In this document: positions 58,031 through 64,000 of the stretch, piece by piece
How positions within the stretch are numbered: the first letter of the stretch is position 1
Layout: the number at the start of each line of letters is the position of its first letter
NCBI GenBank assembly: GCA_041671125.1
Contig: JBAZCA010000002.1
Coordinates: 137,529 to 201,528, forward strand
Source of the DNA: Patescibacteria group bacterium
GTDB taxonomy: Bacteria > Patescibacteriota > Patescibacteriia > Patescibacteriales > JBAZCA01
Length of the DNA: 64,000 nt
Direction: 5' to 3'
The notes under the pieces: model-generated
Told to the model about the DNA's origin: nothing
What the model saw: only the letters and a program-made list of their open reading frames with translations
The model's database searches: none
Translations under genes and position numbers: made by a program

Positions 58031-59029
58031 ATGGCTAAAAGCGATAATACAATAAAAATCCATAAGGACTCTCTGACCGGCCACGTAACCGGTTTTCTTG
58101 AATATTGTGAAGTGGAAAAAGGCCTCTCCCCTAAGACCGTGGAAAATTATTCGCGTTTTTTAAAAAAATTTACTTTCTGGCTTAACGGTTGCGGACTTAA
58201 AAATTTAAGACCCGGGGAACTGAGCGACAAGGTTATCTGGGACTACCGGCTCTACCTCTCCCGCGCCAAGGACTCCCGGACCAGCCAGAACCTAAAAAAA
58301 ACCACCCAAAACTATTACCTGGTAGCTTTAAGAGCACTTTTAGATTATTTTTCCATTAAAGACATAAAATCATTAGCGCCGAATAAAATCCGTCTGCCAA
58401 AATTGACTGACAAGGATAAGGTGATAAAATTTTTAAGCATCAGCCAGGTGGAAGATCTTCTGTCTCAGCCGGATATAAATACCGAAGCCGGCCTCCGGGA
58501 CCGGGCGATGTTGGAAATTCTCTTTTCAACCGGTTTCCGCGTATCTGAGTTAGTGTCTCTTAATATAAACCAGTTTAATATCCCAGTCATTGAAAAGCAC
58601 CTAAAAAACGGGAAAAGTTTTGAATTGAATATTATCGGTAAAGGCGGACGGGCGCGGGTGGTTTATTTTTCTCCGCGGGCTCTTCATTGGCTGGCTAAAT
58701 ATTATAATAAGCGGAAAGATAACGAAAAACCGCTTTTTATTAACTACCGCTCCCCTGCTATTGCCGGAGCCAGACTTTCCATCCGCTCGGTAGACCGGAT
58801 AATTGCTAAATACGTGAAGACAGCCGGTCTGCCAATTTCCGCCACCCCACATTCGCTCCGGCACTCTTTTGCGACCGATTTATTAAACCAGGGCGCGGGT
58901 TTAAGGGACATCCAGGAACTATTGGGCCATAAAAATATTTCCACCACCCAGATATATACCCATATAACCAACAAAAAACTCCGCGAAGTTCACGAAAAAT
59001 TCCACGGAATCAAGGAAATAAATATCTGA
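58031..59029 (+). CDS. Tyrosine recombinase, XerC/XerD family
   Basis: N-terminal SAM-like domain (FLEYCEVEKGLSPKTVENYSRFL). Catalytic ..GLRVSEL.., HSLRHSFATDLL, LLGHKNISTTQIYTH. Confidence 0.9.
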   Translation: MAKSDNTIKIHKDSLTGHVTGFLEYCEVEKGLSPKTVENYSRFLKKFTFWLNGCGLKNLRPGELSDKVIWDYRLYLSRAKDSRTSQNLKKTTQNYYLVALRALLDYFSIKDIKSLAPNKIRLPKLTDKDKVIKFLSISQVEDLLSQPDINTEAGLRDRAMLEILFSTGFRVSELVSLNINQFNIPVIEKHLKNGKSFELNIIGKGGRARVVYFSPRALHWLAKYYNKRKDNEKPLFINYRSPAIAGARLSIRSVDRIIAKYVKTAGLPISATPHSLRHSFATDLLNQGAGLRDIQELLGHKNISTTQIYTHITNKKLREVHEKFHGIKEINI

Positions 59030-59064
59030 ATTTTAAAGCAACTGACTAACCCAGAACAACGTAA

Positions 59065-59589
59065 TTATTGTCCCTGACCGACTAGGACATGATAAGCGTT
59101 GGCAGACCCTTCGGACGCTATTTCCGTTCCCGACCAAGGCGTTGTGCAAAGTTGCGCGGCATTTCCGGCTGTCTTTTCCATTGCACTCGCGAAAATCAGG
59201 GTCGCGTTAGCATACTCTCCACCATTACATGGTTGGCCAGCGTCATAATAATAATAGTGAACTGAATTAACCGGCGAGTCCGTTGCCCCTAAAGGATCGC
59301 GAGGCATTGTAGTAAGATAAGATTTTAAAAGCACATCCAAACTGCCGCCGACTCCGATTTTACCGTTATGTTCGGCGGACGGAAAACCGCGGAAATCGTT
59401 GTAATACATTTCCATTGCGTTTTTTATCTGCCTTAAATCAGCCAAACGATTGGCGTCACGGGCTTTTTCCCTGGCATTTTTTAAACTCACAACGGCCAAC
59501 GTGGATAAAAACCCTACTATTGATATTGCTACAAGAAGCTCAATTAAGGTGAACCCTCTAATCGGATTAATTTTTTTCTTGGACATCAT
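59065..59589 (-). CDS. Type IV pilin / pseudopilin (prepilin-type N-terminal cleavage/methylation domain)
   Basis: RG|FTLIELLVAISIVGFLSTLAVVSL after a short basic leader. Confidence 0.8.
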   Translation of the reverse strand: MMSKKKINPIRGFTLIELLVAISIVGFLSTLAVVSLKNAREKARDANRLADLRQIKNAMEMYYNDFRGFPSAEHNGKIGVGGSLDVLLKSYLTTMPRDPLGATDSPVNSVHYYYYDAGQPCNGGEYANATLIFASAMEKTAGNAAQLCTTPWSGTEIASEGSANAYHVLVGQGQ

Positions 59590-59657
59590 ATATTCATTTG
59601 GAGCGCTAATGAAACACGTGAATAAGCCCCTAATATAAAGTATATCAATTAACCGAG

Positions 59658-60911
59658 CTAAGGCAAATAGTCTAGCGGATTTACCGGAATGCCGTTTAAG
59701 CGCGTTTCAAAATGCAGGTGCGGTCCGGTAGTGAGGTTTCCTGCCCCGGGAGTCCCGGGCATGCCGCCTGAAGCGCCGATGACCTGGCCCTGGGTTACAT
59801 ATTCGTCTTCCTCAACGTAGATTTTTGAAACATGGCCGTAAACCGAAGATAAACCGTCGCCATGGATAAGCATTATATAGCTGTAACCCATGCCGCTATT
59901 TTTTGCCCGGGCAACATAACCAGAAGCGACCGCCCTAATGCTTGTTCCTTGCCCGGCGCGGACATCAATGGCCGGGTGCTCAAAAATATACCTAAAAGGA
60001 TAATCCGGATCATGAAAACTGGCGGTAATTACATTCCTCGGCACCGGCCAGATCATAGCGGAGTCAAGAAGCTCCAGCTTTCCGGCGTCCAGTTTCGCTA
60101 GTTTTTCCCGGGCGGTCCGCTCAAGCCCGGCGATATCGGCCGCCGCCGAAGCCTGCTCCCTTTTAGCTAAAGCCAATAATCGCTGATATTCAGCTTCCGA
60201 GGAACGAGTCTGTTCCAAAAGAATATTTTTATTGTCATACTCGGCCGCCAAGGCCAATTTTTTATTTTCAAGGGCTTCTTTTTGTTTTTCCAACTCCTTA
60301 TTCTTCGCACCTAAAGCCGTCCTATCCGCCTCCAGCGCGATTTTATCGGATTTCAGCGCCTCAATCGTGTCTTTTATTTCGGAATTGATATCTTCAAGGT
60401 ATTTAACCTCGTTTAAAAATTCGGAAAAGGAATCGTTTAAAAGAAGAATTTCCAAGATGCTCGTATCATCCTTCTTATAAACCATCCTGATTATTTTTGA
60501 AATATGTTCTTTTTTTTCGTTGATTATTTCTTCCTTTTCTTTTATTTCCAATCCGGTTTTCTCAATTTCCAAAAGCACCCGATCAATTTCAACCTGGGTT
60601 CCCATAATATCCAATTCGGCTTTTTTCTCCCGATTATCAATAATCGCCAGCTGATTATTCAGGTCGGCCCGTTCGCCCTGTTTATTTTTTATGGCCTGGC
60701 TGTAAGCGGATTGCGTCTCTTCTATTTCCTTTAATTTATTTTTCTTTTCCTCTATCTGACGGTTAATATTCCGCACTTCCTCGTTGACTTCGGTCGAAGC
60801 GGATTGGCTGCTTACGGCCCCCTTTATTTCCCTTCCGAAAAAAATAAATGACCCGCAGAGGGAAAATAAAAGAATTCCGAGGATGAGTTTAAATCTTTTT
60901 GGCATGGACAT
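59658..60911 (-). CDS. M23-family peptidoglycan endopeptidase with long coiled-coil (EnvC-like)
   Basis: Signal/TM N-terminus, about 230 aa of heptad-rich coiled coil, and a C-terminal M23 domain (HPAIDV...GYSYIMLIHGDGLSSVYGH...GPHLHFE). Confidence 0.85.
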   Translation of the reverse strand: MSMPKRFKLILGILLFSLCGSFIFFGREIKGAVSSQSASTEVNEEVRNINRQIEEKKNKLKEIEETQSAYSQAIKNKQGERADLNNQLAIIDNREKKAELDIMGTQVEIDRVLLEIEKTGLEIKEKEEIINEKKEHISKIIRMVYKKDDTSILEILLLNDSFSEFLNEVKYLEDINSEIKDTIEALKSDKIALEADRTALGAKNKELEKQKEALENKKLALAAEYDNKNILLEQTRSSEAEYQRLLALAKREQASAAADIAGLERTAREKLAKLDAGKLELLDSAMIWPVPRNVITASFHDPDYPFRYIFEHPAIDVRAGQGTSIRAVASGYVARAKNSGMGYSYIMLIHGDGLSSVYGHVSKIYVEEDEYVTQGQVIGASGGMPGTPGAGNLTTGPHLHFETRLNGIPVNPLDYLP

Positions 60912-61010
60912 ACATCCATTATACCAAAAAACTTAAAACCAAGCAAAGCCCCCCGCCAAAATAAGCTGGCACCTGCCGGCTAATTTAATATTTAACTAAT
61001 ATTAAACGAT

Positions 61011-62750
61011 TTATTCCATCAGCCGCTTTTCAATTTTTTTCTTCACTTCCCCGATTAATTCCTCTTTAACCATTAATTTCAGCTCTTTTATTCCCCGGAC
61101 GCGGACAGCCAATTTTTCTCCGCCCATTTCCTTATCCCCGATTACAATAACATACGGGATTTTTTCCCCGCTGGCTTTGCGAATTTTGTTGCCGACCGTC
61201 TCGTCGCCGGTATCAGTCTCGGCGCGAATTCCTTCCTCTTCCAGTTCTTTCTTTAATTTCAGGCTAAATTCGGTGTGCTTTTCGCCGACGGAAATTATTT
61301 TAACCTGGACCGGAGAAAGCCAGACCGGCCAGGCGCCGGCAAAATGTTCTATTAAAATTCCAAAAAATCTTTCTACTGATCCGTAAATTACCCTGTGAAT
61401 CATGACCGGCCGTTTTTCGCCTCCGTCCGAATCAATATAATGCAAATCAAATCTTTCCGGCATGTTCATATCCAGCTGGATTGTTCCGCATTGCCACGTG
61501 CGGCCGATAGCGTCTTTAATATGAACGTCAATTTTAGGGCCATAAAAGGCTCCGTCTCCTTCATTAATTTTATATTCCCGGCCAATAGCATCCAGCGCCT
61601 CCTTTAAGCCGGCAGTCGCGGTTTCCCAGGCTTCGTCCGTGCCAATAGATTTTTCCGGCCGAGTGGAAAGCTCCAGATGATAAGTCAGGCCAAAAATAGA
61701 ATATATTTTTTCCGCTAAACTTAAAACTCCGAGAATTTCTTCTTTAATCTGATCCGGCCGCATATAAATATGGGCGTCATCCTGGTGGAATTGGCGCACC
61801 CGAAATAAACCCGATAAGACGCCGGACAGCTCGTGGCGATGAACCAGCCCGACTTCCCCCATGCGAAGCGGTAAATCCCGGTAAGAATGTATGCCTTCCT
61901 TATAAATCAGCATGCCGCCCGGGCAATTCATGGGCTTAATCGCGAATTCCATATCATCAATTTTACTTTCGTACATATTTTCCCGATAATTCATCCAGTG
62001 TCCGGAAATTTCCCATAATTTCCTTGATAGCATTATCGGGGTTTTTATTTCATCGTATCCGGCCTGCCTATGAATTTCGCGCCAAAAATCAAGCAACTCA
62101 TTCCAAATTATCATGCCTTTGGGCTTAAAAAAAGGAAAACCCGGTCCAACGTCATGAAAAGAAAATAAATCCAGCTCTTTACCTAATTTCCGGTGGTCCC
62201 TTTTTTCCGCTTCTTCCTGTATCTTTAAATATTCTTCCAATTCAGTCTTCGTCCCGAAAGCCACGCCGTAAATCCGCTGGAGCATTTTATTTTTTTCGTC
62301 GCCTTTCCAATAAGCGCCGGCGAGTTTCGTCAGTTTAAAAGCGTCTGGATTAATTTTTCCGGTAGCGGCGAGATGCGGCCCTTTGCACATGTTAATAAAA
62401 TCTCCCTGCCGGAAAAAAGTCAGAGTTCCCTCCCCTTCTTTCTTAAGATCGCGAGCCAGTTCGGCCGTATAAACATATTTTTTCTCCCGAAGCAACTCAA
62501 TGGCTTTGTCGGCCGTCATTTCGCTTTTTTCAATTTCCAGATTTTCTTTAATTATTTTACGCATCTCTTCTTCAACACGAATCAGGTCTCCCTCGGACAT
62601 TTTATGTTCGGCGTCAAAATCATGGTAAAAGCCGTTTTCAATGGCCGGACCGACGCCAGGCACGGCCTTAAAAAGATTCTCCAACGCCTGCATTAATACG
62701 TGCGACAAGCTGTGCCTTAAAGCTTCAAGATTTTTTTCTTCGTTTTTCAT
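61011..62750 (-). CDS. thrS: Threonine--tRNA ligase (no N-terminal TGS domain)
   Basis: Starts at the editing/SAD domain (LRHSLSHVL). Class II core HRHELSGVLSGLFRVRQFHQDDAHIY. C-terminal anticodon-binding domain. Confidence 0.95.
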   Translation of the reverse strand: MKNEEKNLEALRHSLSHVLMQALENLFKAVPGVGPAIENGFYHDFDAEHKMSEGDLIRVEEEMRKIIKENLEIEKSEMTADKAIELLREKKYVYTAELARDLKKEGEGTLTFFRQGDFINMCKGPHLAATGKINPDAFKLTKLAGAYWKGDEKNKMLQRIYGVAFGTKTELEEYLKIQEEAEKRDHRKLGKELDLFSFHDVGPGFPFFKPKGMIIWNELLDFWREIHRQAGYDEIKTPIMLSRKLWEISGHWMNYRENMYESKIDDMEFAIKPMNCPGGMLIYKEGIHSYRDLPLRMGEVGLVHRHELSGVLSGLFRVRQFHQDDAHIYMRPDQIKEEILGVLSLAEKIYSIFGLTYHLELSTRPEKSIGTDEAWETATAGLKEALDAIGREYKINEGDGAFYGPKIDVHIKDAIGRTWQCGTIQLDMNMPERFDLHYIDSDGGEKRPVMIHRVIYGSVERFFGILIEHFAGAWPVWLSPVQVKIISVGEKHTEFSLKLKKELEEEGIRAETDTGDETVGNKIRKASGEKIPYVIVIGDKEMGGEKLAVRVRGIKELKLMVKEELIGEVKKKIEKRLME

Positions 62751-62780
62751 ATTTGTTGCTGAATATTTAAATAAAGTATT

Positions 62781-62965
62781 AAAAAAAAGCCTCGTCTCAA
62801 TACAATCAATAAATGATCATACTGGGACGAGGCTTCCTCGCGGTTCCACCCAGCTTTTCCGCCAATTAAAGGCGGAACGCTTAATTAGAGAGGCTTGGCT
62901 CCGCTATCGCGGAATGCCCCGCTTAATGCGGGACAGCCGGCTTGGTAAACCGACCAATCGCCTTG
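62781..62965 (-). promoter_or_regulatory. T-box riboswitch leader of thrS (terminator/antiterminator type)
   Basis: On the minus strand: T-box sequence AAAGCTGGGTGGAACCGCGAGG (62836-62858), a preceding stem III TTCCGCC/GGCGGAA, the terminator GCCTCGTC...GACGAGGC + T8 (62781-62833), and a candidate Thr specifier ACC-A at 62946-62944. Confidence 0.8.
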
Positions 62966-62970
62966 ATAGG

Positions 62971-62999
62971 ATATTACAAAAAATGGCTGTTTTTGTCAA
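62971..62999 (-). promoter_or_regulatory. Sigma70-type promoter of the thrS T-box leader
   Basis: Minus strand: TTGACA (62999-62994), a 17-nt spacer, then TAATAT (62976-62971). Confidence 0.7.
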
Positions 63000-63084
63000 A
63001 CTCCGACAGCAAAGAACCACCCTAAGTCCCCGCGCTTAATTCCGCGTTCTTAATTCCACGAGCCAAAACATCCGCCAAATCCGG

Positions 63085-64000
63085 TTACTTTAATACTTCA
63101 ATCTCTATCCGGTCTAAAAGGTTCGGGACTCGACGGACGAAAGAAGGATAAAACCTGATTTCATAATCGGCGATTTCTTCCTTTCCTTTCAAATATTCTT
63201 CAAGCTGGGCGCGGGTGAGGCCGGCCAGATCCTCGGGATTTAAAATATTCGTGCTTTCGCTTAGGGCGAGCTTGCCGGTAAAGTCAGCCCTTACTTTAGC
63301 TTTTCCGTTCTCAAACCCTTCCTCAACCAGCGCGTATTTTACTCCCTGGTCATCAAAACCTAAAAGCTGTTTTTCCCGCGGAACGGTCAGGGAGAATTTC
63401 TCGCGGATTAAATCAAGGGAGCTGTTTTTGGAAAAAGCCGCCGCGTTTACCTCGGCCGAAATCTTAATCTTAAAAACTTCCTTTTCTTCATCGGCCTTGG
63501 AATCAACATCTACTTTCACGGAATTTTCATTTATACCGTAAACCACCTGATCGTACTGGGGATACTTAGCGCTTATTTCGGCTTTCGCATTAGCGAGCAG
63601 GGTTTGTCTGGCTTTAGCCGTCCCGTTCTCAATATCGGCAAGGGTAATAAATTTTTTTACTTCTTTTTTTACTTCAATCGCTTTCTGGCTTTCGGCGTAA
63701 ATCTTATCCTGCAGTCCGGACCAAAGACCGGGGAACGTAAAATGGGTGGCGGGCAGACTGGAAATCTCTCCCGGATTATCGGCGTAAATTTGGATTTTAA
63801 CCTCTCCGCCGGCCGGAACATTAACTGTTTCTTTCAGGCGAAAAAGTTTACCGTCCGGAGTTAAAAGCCTGGTTGAGGCGACTAAAGGCTGATTTTTTAT
63901 ATATTTATTATAAACTATGGCTTCCCCTCCCGCTTCTTCGCTTAACACTTTCTCGCCGGTCGCGGGATACTCTTCTTCATACTCCAAAACCAATTTTTCC
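63085..64000 (-). CDS. Hypothetical protein (5' end outside window)
   Basis: The frame stays open to the window edge. At least 302 codons, with no motif I can assign confidently. Confidence 0.4.
   Translation of the reverse strand, partial: EKLVLEYEEEYPATGEKVLSEEAGGEAIVYNKYIKNQPLVASTRLLTPDGKLFRLKETVNVPAGGEVKIQIYADNPGEISSLPATHFTFPGLWSGLQDKIYAESQKAIEVKKEVKKFITLADIENGTAKARQTLLANAKAEISAKYPQYDQVVYGINENSVKVDVDSKADEEKEVFKIKISAEVNAAAFSKNSSLDLIREKFSLTVPREKQLLGFDDQGVKYALVEEGFENGKAKVRADFTGKLALSESTNILNPEDLAGLTRAQLEEYLKGKEEIADYEIRFYPSFVRRVPNLLDRIEIEVLK

Noticed and set aside
62641-63039. 132-aa + strand ORF upstream of thrS
   Set aside because: It overlaps the thrS 5' end and the T-box leader on the opposite strand. 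The region is fully explained by the promoter, T-box and terminator.
1-64000. tRNA, tmRNA, SRP RNA or rRNA genes in the longer intergenic gaps (8269-8487, 14120-14230, 18901-19169, 38758-39042, 44833-45028, 57742-58030)
   Set aside because: Reading these gaps on both strands showed no cloverleaf-compatible acceptor/T-arm pattern (GTTCRANYC) and no other conserved RNA motifs. This absence is based on visual inspection only.

Overview
This is a gene-dense 64-kb chromosomal segment, mostly coded on the + strand and using the standard genetic code (TGA, TAA and TAG all terminate recognisable genes). Gene content and style suggest a small-genome, uncultivated, Patescibacteria/CPR-like bacterium; that placement is inference only. 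Housekeeping content, in order: five tandem GT2 glycosyltransferases plus galU; murA; an L,D-transpeptidase; a NifU-like protein; four paralogous ABC-2 permeases plus one ATPase; an O-antigen-ligase-like protein; greA; lysS; eno; gpmI; serS; murG, murC and murB; RNase P RNA; a WbaP-like sugar transferase plus a GT4; gltX; gap; a NuoF-like subunit plus an [FeFe]-hydrogenase; cca; cyclophilin; a MurF-like protein plus an FtsQ-like protein; a Xer recombinase; a type IV pilin; an M23 peptidase; and thrS behind a T-box leader. No tRNA, rRNA or CRISPR array was seen. The most unusual signals are in the non-coding architecture. (1) A family of at least 10 inverted-repeat elements bounded by GTCATCCTGAG...CTCAGRATGAC sits at gene ends. 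One copy (22834-23264) carries a small GIY-YIG nuclease ORF exactly where the miniature copies have a roughly 8-10 nt loop, which suggests an autonomous/miniature mobile-element pair. (2) A second family of intergenic imperfect palindromes is built from short permuted words (CATAAC, ACGAAT, CACAAAT, CAATTG). The same words also occur in frame inside murG, gltX, the hydrogenase and cca, and inside RNase P RNA. (3) A 3.1-kb island splits murG from murC; it contains an IS3 element, an AT-rich orphan, a Cys-rich lipoprotein pair, an integrase remnant and a flavodoxin remnant. (4) Two strongly GC-rich orphan membrane-protein genes lie in an otherwise AT-leaning genome. Smaller points are a decayed hicA, a P-loop-degenerate MurF-like gene and a dif-like site upstream of xer. 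All calls come from reading the sequence and the supplied ORF track. No searches or folding were run, so RNA ends, promoters and family assignments for non-housekeeping ORFs are approximate.
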